Part shown: positions 10,951 to 24,000 of the stretch, piece after piece
Numbering within the stretch: the stretch's first letter is position 1
Layout of the letters: each line of letters begins with the position of its first letter
Source: Ptychomitrium polyphyllum
Lineage: Eukaryota
NCBI GenBank assembly: GCA_973851085.1
Contig: OZ316776.1
Span: 13,454,001 to 13,518,000, forward strand
DNA: 64,000 nt
Reading direction: 5' to 3'
Notes under the pieces: generated by a model
Databases searched by the model: none
The model's input: the letters and a program-made list of their open reading frames with translations, nothing else
Told to the model about the DNA's origin: nothing
Position numbers and translations under genes: made by a program

Positions 10951-13900
10951 ATACATAGACACTCATTATTGTTGGTGCTCATTACAAATCATTTTTATAA
11001 AAATGTAGTATTCCTATAAATGCATTCATTTGTGCAATAGAAAGATTGATGTTTAAAGATTGGAAGAAATAGGTTGTTTTGACAAAATATTTTGTATTAT
11101 TATTAAAAACTAAAATTTTGGATTCTAGAATATATTGTGTGTTTTTTATTCTTAATAGAAACTATTTTTTGGACCAACCAAATATGCGTAAGAGACTTTT
11201 GTTGGCCTTCTTCAAAATTTCATCAAAACAATCTACACATTCTTGTTGTATATATTACGATTGCCATATATAACAAAAATGTAATAATAATTATTAAATT
11301 TGTAATTAAAAAATAAACAAAATTTAATGCTAGTCTCATACAAACAAAAGCTCAAAGAACAAAGACTAAATTACAAAGCATGAGTCAAGCTATCTCTCAT
11401 TCCATAAAGGTAGAATCCCAAGAATACATGTATAAGAAGAAACCTATGGCTTTATTAAATGGTTGCACCATTATTTCCAAGCAAATCCTACTTAAGGTTT
11501 TTATTAATAAAATTGTACTCATAAGTTTTAACTTAGGCAAAAATTACCAAACAAAGGAAATTTCTCCACTTAATACTTTGTCCAAATCCTAATTGGCACT
11601 AGAGACCAACTAGTATGAAGTTCGAACTAAGTAGATGAGTTTTTTTTTAAATTGAACTACGCCATTGATGTGGTTGTTGTGTAAATAAAGATTACCACAT
11701 ACACCAGATCAAATCAAAGACTGATGGTGCGTGCAGTGATTTTAGTCTTGTTGCAAGTTTACTCTTGAATGCGGTGCTCCAACATTGATGTTGTGTCGCG
11801 ATGAGATTCGATTCTTAAGATAAGGTCTGTCACCCTTCTCTGTTATTTCGCCTGTCCTGATTAAGAAGCAAATGTGCAGGAGCAATGACATGCTCCTATC
11901 TTGTCACACTCTGTGTTGGGAATCGTTTTGATATTTTCATCACCAGTAGTATTTGCTTATTTGCTTATTATTAAGTATGTAAGATAATGTAATGACATGT
12001 CGGATTTTGTCCTGTATTGTTATGGAGTATCTGGCGTCCAGTTTACACTACTTTCAAATAAAGAACAGGGTATTGGCTTATCTGCAGGCGCTCCTGTCAC
12101 TGATCATTTCTCCCCTTCTGCTGCCATGTGTTTTCTCTGGCCATTTCCAACCGTATTGCCACTACCCTCTTTGATACTCTCAAGCCTGTTATATGGACCC
12201 ATCTGCAGGTTACTTAATTGAATAATTCAACACTTTGCCATTTGATTTCTGTGTAGCACAAGTGCAAATCGATTTCATAGCAGCTTGAAAGTATCACTAA
12301 AGATGCAAGACCTTTGGGTGTAAACCCCCACATTGACGCCATCCTTGCCTTTTCCACTTCTACCCTTCTCATCCTATATGGTGCACCTCTCCCCCCCGCC
12401 TGACCTCTGCCCCTCTGACATTTGACACCCCTCCTTCCGACCTCCAAAACCCTAAAAGCAACTTTTCCCTCCTTCAAATTCAGAAATTCTGCATCAACCA
12501 TCGTTACAAATTCAAAATTACAAATCCATCACATCTTGGAGGTTGAAAAGGTGCAAGGCTGCATCACGTGTGCAACAATGAGTGGATGCGAGGCTAACAC
12601 GTACTCCTTCCTCCCTTGTTAAATTGATCATTTGTTTTATTAAGTGCAAACTTTGGTTGCATAGTATCACTAGAGGTGCAATACACTATCTAGAACAGCC
12701 GATGCAGTGTGACCTGTTTTCTATGTTTTATCTTTACAAAAAATGGTACTTGATATCATACGGAATTCTGTGTCACTTTCTTGGTTACAAGTCATGATTT
12801 ATAAAAAAGTTGTCAAATTCATTCAATCAAAACTTAGTTAATGTATGTTGTTAGTGACATATGATAGTTTACATTGAAGGCTGAACAAAATATTTAGCAC
12901 TGGTTACATTGTTATCATTCCGTATGTGGTCATCATCATATGAGTAATTTCAGTGGATTTGCACCAAATTCAAGTCGCCCTTTTTGCATCTTTGAAGGTC
13001 TTTTAGTTGGAGGACATTCTTTTACTTGCAAAATTCCTATATTCCGGTAACGTCAACAGTTTGTCTGAGTTGGGATGATTGATTTTCGTGCTGTGTTTAT
13101 AAGAAAATAATTAGTTAAATATTAAGAACATACTGCAAAGTTCACTACAAGCTCCTGTCGAACACAAGCAACAGGGAATATAGCAGTCTTGAACATAAGC
13201 TTGGACTACCTTTAACGTGAAGAGTTAGAAATGACAACTAAACATGTTTGACAATAGCAATGGATTTCAAAAATTCATATAGCAAATTTGGTATTTGCTC
13301 ATGGATTAAAAAAGATGATTGCATCAGGATCCTGCTTTCAAAAGAGTAGTCCCTCCGTTGTTCTAGAATACTATAGAATACACCCAAATAGAAAACAGTG
13401 TAGTAAAGGGGTTCAAATATGAAAAACATATAGTATTTGACATTATAAATGTATATACACATGTATTAGTACAATTAAAATTCATAGATTTTGATCCAGA
13501 TGCTAATTTCATCACTGTAGGTGTCTCCCTTATTAAATAGAGTGGAAGCAATTTTAAACGAATGCAGGAGAATTGTAGTTCAATTGCCAAAACTAAGAGC
13601 CAGTCTCCATGTGAGGCAGAATTCCTCTACTTTTCTACATATCTAAAGCAGAATATGGACACCCATTGCCCGAAAGTATATAACATTGCCACGATAGAGC
13701 CAATTCCCAATTCAAAGCAGGTGCGAGGTTCTTAGGGTGGTGTTTGTATGCTCCAGCAACAGGTACCGCAGAGACTGGCTCCAACCGACGATAGGCAATT
13801 GCATGCATGGCACCACCAAGCATTGTAAATATCACAAACCACCGCAAAGGAAAGACAAGAGCAGAGGAGAGTTCTGGCCTTCCAATGGCACCAATTACAA

Positions 13901-14632
13901 CTACATCTACACAATCAAATTGACCCGTCATAACCCCAAATACATGCATACACATACACACATACCCTGCACATGTCATGGGTTTGTCGACATTGGCTCC
14001 AACGCACTCCTGTGCCTCGCATGACCAGCGGTTGATACCAATCTCATCTCCCTGTTGCGATGGTGCACAGATGAACCTCACATCTTCTGGCGGTTCGACT
14101 GTAAATGCCCAAATTCAGATGTGTACAGTACAGGCAACAACAGTAGCTCAATTCGCTTAAAGGGACAAACGATTCACGGTATCCCCCATAAATGAACACT
14201 GAGTACCTAATCACTATGAACAAAGATAGGAACTCTAAACTATGACATACAGATGAACTTAAAACGTGAGACAGGTGAATTGTGCGTAAATACAGTTCAT
14301 GGTCATCAATTGTAAGAAATTCAGTAACACACAGGTACAATTGATCAAAACCCTTGTTCTGAAGTTGAAGAAGACTCGGGAATAGTACAACACCATATAA
14401 GTCATGCTAAAAACCTATTCAAACTTGGAGCGTATGACTGCAATCTAAATGTCGCCATATTGACAGCCGTGGGCAGCCAGGAACCTACCCAGGAAACACG
14501 AATTAGGTGTAAAGGAAGAGGAGAGGAGCAGTAGAGAAACCCTAGGCAGGATAATCGTCCCGGGGGACGAAGAAGAGCTGAATGCCAGCAAGAGAAACCT
14601 AGCCTGGTTAGGATGAGAAGAGGGAGGAGCGC

Positions 14633-14932
14633 TCAGAGGTGATTCAGATAATCAGGGCGCGCGTCCTTGCCCCAGCCGATGTTCTGCAAGGAGGCCATGT
14701 ACTTCTGGACCAGGGGGCGGCATTTCTGGTAATGGTTGACACCCTCGCGCCAGTAGCAGTGCTGGAGGCGCTGGCGGAGGATTTTGGCCTTCTCGACCTG
14801 GATGAGCTTCTCGCGAACCACGAACTCGCGCTGCTCCAACATGGCGACGGGGTCCGCGTAGGGCTTAGCGGGGTCGAAGTCATCGGGGGGCGCTTCCTGG
14901 TCGAACTTGGGGTAGTCGCTCTTGAACACCAT
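14633..14932 (-). CDS. NDUFB10: NADH dehydrogenase (ubiquinone) 1 beta subcomplex subunit 10 (PDSW), single coding exon, 99 aa
   Basis: MVFKSDYPKFDQEAPPDDFDPAKPYADPVAMLEQRE...EKAKILRQRLQHCYWREGVNHYQKCRPLV...GWGKDARP matches the plant NDUFB10 pattern. High GC3. ATG at 14932. Confidence 0.95.
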   Translation of the reverse strand: MVFKSDYPKFDQEAPPDDFDPAKPYADPVAMLEQREFVVREKLIQVEKAKILRQRLQHCYWREGVNHYQKCRPLVQKYMASLQNIGWGKDARPDYLNHL

Positions 14933-15069
14933 GGTTGTGAGGGGAGCTAGGGCAGGCGAAACAACGCGATCGGGAAGAAGCGCGCAGTGGCAGCAACAGC
15001 GGCAACAGCAATCAAGGAAGCTGAAGAAGAAGAATGCACCCGGAGCCTCCACAGCTTTACGACGCACAT

Positions 15070-15165
15070 TCTTGTGATACCTCGCCCGAGTATCAAAAGG
15101 GCATCACACGAGTATGCGAAAGATATCAGATCGATATCATGAGAGTATCGAAAAGGTATCGATCT
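15070..15165. promoter_or_regulatory. GTATC/GATAC motif array upstream of NDUFB10 (putative regulatory)
   Basis: tcttgtgatacctcgcccgagtatca followed by several gatatc/gtatc repeats; near-identical motif at 33218-33243. Regulatory function is inferred from position only. Confidence 0.5.
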
Positions 15166-15287
15166 GTGTCGACAAGTCACAAGGACTCGTGGAGATTTTG
15201 GAGTGCCGGGGGACGGCAAGCGTAACTAAAGGATGGGAAATAATGAACGAAGGAGGGACGGAGAGAATGGATGGGAAATGGATCGTC

Positions 15288-15308
15288 GACGACGACGACG
15301 ACGACGAC
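15288..15308. repeat. (GAC)7 microsatellite
   Basis: gacgacgacgacgacgacgac seen directly. Confidence 0.9.
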
Positions 15309-16628
15309 GTACACCATATACAGCTAGTCCGTCTCAACCCACGAGGGACGATGGCGGAGCGGCAACTCTCACCACGCACTCCAACTTTATTTGCGCAGAT
15401 ATAGGCAGCACGGGCCCAGCCCCCCTCACGCCTGTGCCTACGACCGTGTGATTGCGCAGTCCCACTTCACATTATCATACTACGCAGCCTGACCAAGGCG
15501 ACAATACTACATAAATTATTATTTATGAAAGATGTGACAGGCCTACTCTAATGGCAACGTGTATTTTTATTGTATATTGCATTTGAGTGAAGAAATCTAA
15601 TATACTTGTTTTGGCTTCAAAAGACAACTTTAAGATCCAACTTTAAGATCCAACACTGGCTACATGATATTGTTCACCTAATGTCATCTATTTGTAAATT
15701 CAACACTTTTTTCAATCAAAATCTCATTAGTGATCTCACTCTTCATACCATTTATGTTTATGATTGGAGCATTCTTCACTGCCATGAAATTTCACCCACT
15801 TGATTCGCACACATATTTCAATGCATGCATCTTGGATCACTCATTCACTTTCTAAAGTGTGACTATGAATTTAATACAAAATGTGACATGAGAATATTAA
15901 ATCCACTTGTCAAAGTTGGGTCAGGAACCACATGGAAATAGATCCCTAACTGATCAAGCTTTAGAGTCAAAAAAGTTTGTACAACATCTTTGGCAAGGAA
16001 AATCTTGCACAGATCTCGGCCCGAAACCATACCAAACACTAAATGGATGGCTACATTCGGCACTAAGGCATGATCCTATTTTCTCTATTTTGCAACTTCA
16101 TCTACCTGCAGTACCCCACATGTCACATTCCTGTTGGAAGACAGAAATCACATGGACATCCAGCGGAACATACACCCTAAACCATGTATCTTTCATCCTC
16201 ACTGAGCAACTATCCAGCACAGCAATATGGAGATAAAGGGGGCCTCCAAGTTCCAAGAACGCAATGACTTGAAAGCTAAATAGGTCACTAAAAGGAGATA
16301 AATATGGTAACGGAACAAGTATGCTTTGTTGGCCTAACGAAAAAAAGAAACAAAGAAATAAAAATAAAGAAATTTTTTACTTTTTATTTCTTTCAAATAT
16401 TTCTTTCAAGACAATTCAGACAGAATATGCAAACATATGACGGCTAAACATGATATTTTGAGCTGCAAGATGAGGGAAAATTAAGTACCTGTATCTTAAA
16501 GGGAAGCACCTCATTGAAGATCACATATGCTCCATTAAGAAAATGAAACTGTACTGGAAAAAGAAACTTTCGCCTCCGTGCTAGAATCAAAAGCTGTCAT
16601 GTGCTTATCAAGTGTTCCAAAAACATAG

Positions 16629-19600
16629 TTATTCAGTCCGTGGTCGTTTTAATGATGACGTATCACTCTTTTCCAGGACAGCGGGATCTGGAGTTGAGGC
16701 AAATGCGACAGCTTCGGGCAGATTGAAACTCAAGCACAGCATTATCTGCGAGGACACAGAATACATAGTCAGCTCAACTCCACAGCTATCTTTATTCACA
16801 GTCGACAATTGATACTGTTCAGCGGCATTTCAATTACCACGTGAAGCCCTTAGCTCCTTAGCTAGCAAGCATCAGCAGTTGCTAATTCTTATTCGCCAAA
16901 ATTATAATATTGGTAGTAATAATAATCTAAATTCCAAAGAACGAATCAAGAGCTCAAGAAAAACATTAAAACAATAAAAGCTAAAATCACCTTATTTGGG
17001 GCAACATCACGGACGACATAAATATCGGTGTCTACAATAGAACTCCCCAAGTACTTCTCTACTTTCTGCGCATCCAACATCGACTGTAACCCATGATCGA
17101 CTGGTATTCAAAACTAGTATAAATTTTGAGAAAACAAAATCAGATCTCCACACGGCCACTATCCCAAACGTAAATTTTAGAATGAAACAATCAGAGAGTT
17201 GTTTAGTGGCATCCTCTACACAGTGGTTAAATCAACATAAAATGTAAGCACAAGGTTACTACTGTAGCTACACCGACCTTTATAATATCTCCGTTTGTCT
17301 CTTTAGACCGCATGAAGCAGTAACAATGGACCCGAGGCATGGTGCCCCTCCATCTTCCTTTGGATAGAAGTCCGCTTAGAACATCTGCGAGGGAGGTCAC
17401 AACTAAATCCATTAAGCGAAATCACCTGATAGCACAAACTCAGCAATATCCTCCACAATTCGACTGATAAAGTTTCGGCGATTGTTTACATGCAGTAAAG
17501 GTCCATTATGACAATCTGCCCATAAGGAATGCAAGCTAAATGCAATGCAGCGGTGAATTGTTTATCCTTCAAATACTCTCCCCACTGACAAAGTGAGAAG
17601 AGTGACGAAGACTGAACAAGCATGTTTTCATCTAATTTATCTTTTCGGGGCTCAACTACCTAGAAACTTCATATCTAACATAACAGATTCCACCAAAACT
17701 CAATATTGCAGAATATAATCACCAGTCTTGACTTGCCCCTAAACAAGTTGACCCAAACCGTAGCAATTCAGAAGGGAGGCTGTCATTGTATAATCAAGCA
17801 ACGAACAGGAGGATTGCATGAAACGTACCTAAAAACTCTAGTGCAGATGCAGGTAAGTTCATAACAATATGATCAAAGTGCTCCCAAGGTTTTATATCAC
17901 ATATGTTCATCTTCACAAATCCAGACGCTTGAGCTTTCCTCCCTTTCTTTTCATCTGATTTCTTGGCAGATGGCATGCTACTTCCTATATCATGACGGAG
18001 CAAAAGTCACAACATGAGATCGATTAAAACACTTTAACAAAATAAACCCCTGATATGACAAACCGCCAATATTCGTCACTCAAAATGTGCTCGCGCACTT
18101 CAAAGATGTGGTCGAGGAGAAAAGAAACGTTAGAAAACGAAGGTCCTAGCAAGCTATAAAAGCCTGAGTATAACCTTGCTCAGAAGATAGTGCCTCAACA
18201 ATGTCCGTCCCTTCTCTTATAGAGTGTCCACCGTGTTTCTTGCTCATGTCAGACTTACCATTGTGCTTCGTAGAAAGATTACGACCATCGTGTACAACGC
18301 TTTCATCGATGGAAGTTGGCGAAGCCGATTCCTCAACAATCTCTTTCCCCTCAGTAACTAGCTTCCGCATGAAGTCACGAGCGTCCATATTGAAAACTTT
18401 CACTCCATCTCCTACTTTGTTGATCTGAGAATTTAACTTCAAGTACTTCACACTGGTCGGATTCAAATCATTAGCAAATACACCGCACCCTTGTTGAGCT
18501 GCTGGAATTGCAAACGGTCCAATTCCTGCGAACATATCAACGATGATTTCTCCAGGTTTGAATTGAGCAAACAACCGCTTATGTTCACCCTCTAAACGTG
18601 AGTTCCAATAGACCATCCCATAATCCAGACGAAATGTAGCTCCATGTTGTTTAATTTCAGTGACTAAACTTGGATCTCCAGCCAGAACCTCGAACTCTGG
18701 CACCCTGAACTCATTGGTTATAGTCCCCACCTTGTTCACCACAGTCTTCAATTTTGGGTTCTTCTGTAGATTTGATAAAAATTGGTTATGGATGTCTTAT
18801 TGCATTACAACAAAGCTACAATCTTCTTAAAGCATTAGTAAATAAAAATGTCACAACTGGAAGAAGAGAACAAAAAATGTACGTACAGGTGCCTCAAAAA
18901 CAGGTACAAATACTCACATCCAGGATGACTTCTGCAATAACTTTCTTGTAAAACAGAAGATCATCGCGTAAATTAAGATGTGCTATATGGCCTGTCAAGA
19001 AATTTCCAGGAACATGAAAAAACATATCAGTTGACGGAACCACACAAGCCCATCAATGCAGAAGCAACAACTTTGTAAATAATTTCACATCACAAAGTTG
19101 CACTCTTAAAGTGAATCAAGTGGTTTCTGGTGGTTAAGAAATCGACACCTCTCTTTCCCTCTAAATTTGTATGTCTACGAACTGAAACAGCGATGAGCCA
19201 AGTGCACAAACCAATGGTCTCGAAGGACGAGGGAACTTCACAGCCGGCAGGTAGAATCTCCTTCAAGATGTGCTCTGCACCTCACATTCCCACGTGTACC
19301 TAATAAGAACCCCTGCCAGTCATCCGCATCACTGATGCTAAACTGCAAACTACCATCGCATTGCTTATTTCCAAACAAGCTGTCCGAAACCTAAAACCAT
19401 AAACCCTAAACCCTAAACCCTAAATTCTAAATCCACATTGCACAGGATGAAACGAGCCGGGTAAAATATTACTAGCGGGCTTTTTAATTCAGTTTAGTTA
19501 GCGTCATCTGCAAAGACTCATGACGAGATCATATGGTAGGCATCTATGAATTACCACCTTCACGAAGACGGTGCATATGAGGAAAAAACAGCCACCCAAT

Positions 19601-20143
19601 AAGTCATGCAATGTTCTTCTCCATAGCACCCAAGAAGGTGCTAGGCGAAATTCTAGAGTGTACGAGGCACTGGAAATGGATGGTCGGTGAGTGAACCAGA
19701 TACTATACCTACAGGCCAGTAGGAGTAATCAAGGACCACCTCGTGCTGAACAACGTCGAGAGGCACGATGTTGCTGACCATCAGTTTCTTGTCTTCAGGA
19801 AGGCCTTCCAACCCTAGGAAAATGAAGGAGAATTAAGTGGAAGCAATGAGCAGAAGTAGATAGCAGACATTGAATAATGAGGGTGGTGGTGAGGATGAAG
19901 GGAGCTGAGCGTCGAGTGTGGACCTGGTGCGGTGACGGCGGGGGACAGGAGCAGGAGGCGCATGGAGGGGTGCACGGGGTCGGGGACGATGTGCTTGACG
20001 CGGGGCATGTCGAGCAGGTAGTGCGATAGCAGCGAGGCGACGCGGTACGAGTGCTGCTTGGGGATGCGCAGAGCCAGGCGAGGCAGGCGCTGCACGAAGC
20101 GGGACTTGTCGAGGGAGGGCGCAGGCGAGGGCGAGGAGGCCAT
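16629..20143 (-). CDS. TRM5: tRNA (guanine(37)-N1)-methyltransferase, about 9 coding exons
   Basis: Exons approximately 20143-19924, 19813-19709, 19274-19212, 18991-18918, 18764-18175, 17984-17829, 17384-17278, 17065-16991 and 16745-16629. Motifs: [75 protein letters not shown]. Confidence 0.95.
19387..19431 (+). repeat. Interstitial telomere-like repeat / telo-box cluster in TRM5 intron 2
   Basis: Three perfect AAACCCT units at 19401-19421 with degenerate flanking units. Confidence 0.85.
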
Positions 20144-21007
20144 AACGGGCAGAGCAAGTGAGAGCTCTCGAGCAGCGCACACACCACAGTTGAGCTTCTT
20201 TCGCTAAAACATGGACACAGGGACACATTGACTGCCCCGCAGTCTCCAGACCTACGACGAACAAAGATTCCCGGTCCTCGCTCGCACCGCGAGATGCACA
20301 AAATCCAAAACCGACTTCGTTTGAGGTACAGTGACGGTTTGGAGCGTGTTCCTTGAGATAAAGTGTTTTTTGTCGACACAGTACACCATGCCAAGTCAAA
20401 GGCTGTTTGTGTCAAAACACCTCTCCACAATACCTTGTACCTTAAACTTACATTTTTAAAGCCATGAAAACATTTCTAATCGATATACTAGTACACAACA
20501 TTCTTATAGTTTATAATAGTAATGTTTATAAAATATATTGTTGTATTGCGGATCCATCCACCAGTTAATTTTCTTTTTGTAACTCATAATTGCAACTAAG
20601 ATTATAATAGGGATGACTACTGTACATTCATCTGTTGGGAAAAAGTCGCAAAAGAAAAGGGTTATTAAGTTCAATAAGCAACTACAGTAACATTTTAGAA
20701 TCTGGCACCGACCGCTCGCTAGATTCCGGTTGAGTTGTGACTCTTTCCAGCCCAGCTTGTTGAATTGAAAAGGATTCTACTGCTGCTCAGACAACGTCCT
20801 TCTAGCTGAACCGTGTGCTAGCAAATGGTCTTCTTGAATTTTAAACTTAGCCCAATTTAATAACAATGCCATGCGATGCAGCAATCCAGATCCAATCCAA
20901 CCCCATTTCAGCCTCACTTCAATTTATTCTCTTCTACTGTACTGTACATTGTTTCTAAAGCAGCAGCCTCTACCTAAAGATGTCGTTCAAATTGAAGCAG
21001 CCATCAG

Positions 21008-24000
21008 TCACACTCGTCCGTAGTGCTCCCATGTTGCATTTTGGCTGGCGCAGCAAGCCACGCTGAAGACTACGACCTGTTGGCATGCAGGCAATAAGAA
21101 TGCAATAGGATATAAGTTTACAAACCATATACATCATCCTCGAGTGTCATGCAAGATTTTTTGAAAGCATAGCAAGGCACATATTGTTATTCATTAGCCC
21201 ATGCAAATTGCGGTGTAGTATGATTTGAAGAGCCTGGGTGGCAGTGTAAGCAGCAAGGAAGTAGATATAATTTCAGAAGATACCAGAATGAGGAATATAA
21301 TGAGAGTGACTATGCCCGCAACTCTTCCAGTTTGCTTCAATTCCTGTGCCACCCACCCCTGCAGCAGCCATAGCCACAACTATGATTCCACACCAACGCC
21401 TTATTGAGATCAGCAGCTCCAAGCCAATTAATTGCTTCATTCGTAATACCCTGAGCAACATAATAAAATTGAACTGCAGTGGTACAATCACCGACTTACT
21501 GTGAGAAGTTAACTGCTACTCACTTGCATGATTCACATTACTGTAACATTGTTAGTGAATTCTGTGCAGTCGCGATTGCTAGTCGACAAGGGACTGTTTG
21601 AGCTTGTATCAAATGTGCCAGACGAGATCATTGGATACCCACATCTGCAGCAGCATCAATATTATAAGTTGTGAGCACACTGAATAGTGCCACCTAGTTC
21701 AGGTTCTCGCACATCGAAAACAGCGCCTTGCATAACATTCGAAAATACATTCTTTAACAAAGCTGCAATCTGGAATAGAGTAAAAACGTGTTTGTTCTCA
21801 CTCTGAAGGCGGTCGACAGCAGCCAGACTGAACTGGATTTAAACTTGTGGACAGGTAGGCACTTGGCTGTCTTGCAACCCACTCTGGTTAATTTTGAACT
21901 CCAGAATCAAAACATCTTAAAACCTCCATCAGCACATAGTTCGATCAGGCAAAAATACAAAAAAGTAATATATTTTGAAAAATTTATAGAGCGCAAGCAA
22001 GTTTTTTAATGATCAAATCACTACAGAAATAAGCAGTTCTAAATGCCACAATATCGAATGCCAAAGAGTATCAGATCTCGTTTTGTTAAAACAAATCATG
22101 GCATTATAAATTCTTTAATTCCGAGTGGGATGCCATTTATTGGCGTGTCCTTTAGGATCCCATTTTCTTCTGGAGAAAAGAACTTAGTAATCTGAACATG
22201 CAACTGAACAGCCTCGTTCTAAGTTAACTACCTCGATCTACTGCATTCAAAACATTCAAAATTAAATAAATAAGTTTGAGAACAAGGTGTAATTCGATGG
22301 AGTTTGTTTCTGCTAAATTAATTTGAGTAACTGTTGTGCAACAATATTTGATAGGTGAGACTGTTGATGATCTAGTAAAGATAAGAACTGATAGAAAATA
22401 ATATCAAAGGGTGGACATACCAAGATTTTGTTGAACTTTGCACAATCATTTGTCCCTGCTATGCAAGCCTTCACATGATTCCAATTCGATTGCTTGCTCA
22501 ACTGCATGCATAATGAGGTTAGATAAATTGGAAAAAAGTTATAACAGAATTCAGAGCAGAGAGCTAAGTGTTTACATGATGTTTTTACAAGCTGTCTATT
22601 ATAAACATCTAATACACATTCATTTATACTGTGACGTCCTATACAATACGACATGATATAAAGACTATAACTTTGTAACAACCGGCACCAATTTCTTGGA
22701 AGAATTAATCATCTTGAGTACCTCAACTGGAATTTAATTTTGCAAATGAAAGACCCAGATTGAATAAACCACATCATGACATGAAGGATGACACCTTGAA
22801 CGTACTTCGAATATGAGCCCAGCCTATATTCCACAAACCTGGAATACAAAACTACATTTCAGCACGCATTTTTCATGGAATACAAATGGTAAACCGACTC
22901 GTTGTACTAGAATTTCAACAGATGGCCAGTGCTTCCATGAATCAGCAAGGCCAAATCCGTCGAGGATTCTCTATTCAGATTCATCGGTACCAGTGATCCT
23001 ATATCCTAGTACATACAGTGCGAAGCATGTTCAAAGAAAGAAGATCATCAAACTAATTGATAAAGTCTATAATTTGACTGAAGACGTATCACAATGATCT
23101 CAGCTTCAATGAGCTCTTGCAGTACGAATTTTTCCCTCTGCAATAAGAGGTGAATGGTCAATGGATTGATATACAGGGCTCACATCTGGCCGTTGACTCT
23201 ATAACCACCGCCCGGTGTTGTCACTACGAATCTGTAAAAACCAGCTCCTAGAGAATTTACAAAATTAGCCATTGTCGATATATGCCACTTCGAAACATGA
23301 TTTATCATCACCAGGACTTCTGAATGTAAAGAATGTCTACGAACATGAAGCTTCATTTGGAACAAATGACTCAGTTCAGTGTGGTCGACTCACATAAAGA
23401 CGGTAAGGCTCAGAAACGTGAGGAGCACAAAAATCATCAAGAAAACGTACTGTCCACGGTCAGCTTTTTTGTCAAGGATTATCCACAGAAGAATCCTCAG
23501 TATTAAGAAATTACAAGTTACATCTCCTCAATCGAGCATGCTGCTGATGACTGCCCATTGCAGCCATGCCCCCATATGTATCATTGTACACCCACGGATT
23601 GTCCCGAACCAATTCAATAACTCATTAATTAACTTCCCTAACTCCAAACTTCAGCCAATTTATATCGACTTAGGTGCCGCTTGGGGTGTCCGAGAAGGAT
23701 ACGGTGTAAAGGATAGGAACAATTACAAACCAAGACCCAAGAAGACCAAGCACCGCTCTGCACAGGTCACCCAGCCATCCCTTGTGTACGGATTAGAGGT
23801 GCTCCTAAGTTTTACTTCAAAGGAACGAACCCATGCCAAGTTATCAAAAGCTTCTATCCAATGTTCGTGTCCAGACTCCACCAACTACAGAGTTTTCATG
23901 TAGTTTATGCCAGAGTAAGGAGACGATATTGATTCCTAATAGTTTTGCTCGCTTGGAAGGTTTGAGCTGCCTAGCTGATGCATTGAAAGATGAACTGAAA

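Noticed and set aside
11700..12800. Exon-like segments and short ORFs (11992-12221, 12214-12501)
   Set aside because: No homology recognised and no consistent gene model.
14639..15451. Overlapping and antisense ORFs around NDUFB10, including the 144 aa extended version
   Set aside because: By-products of high GC content and the GAC repeat. The upstream extension starts at a non-ATG codon and reads like 5' UTR.
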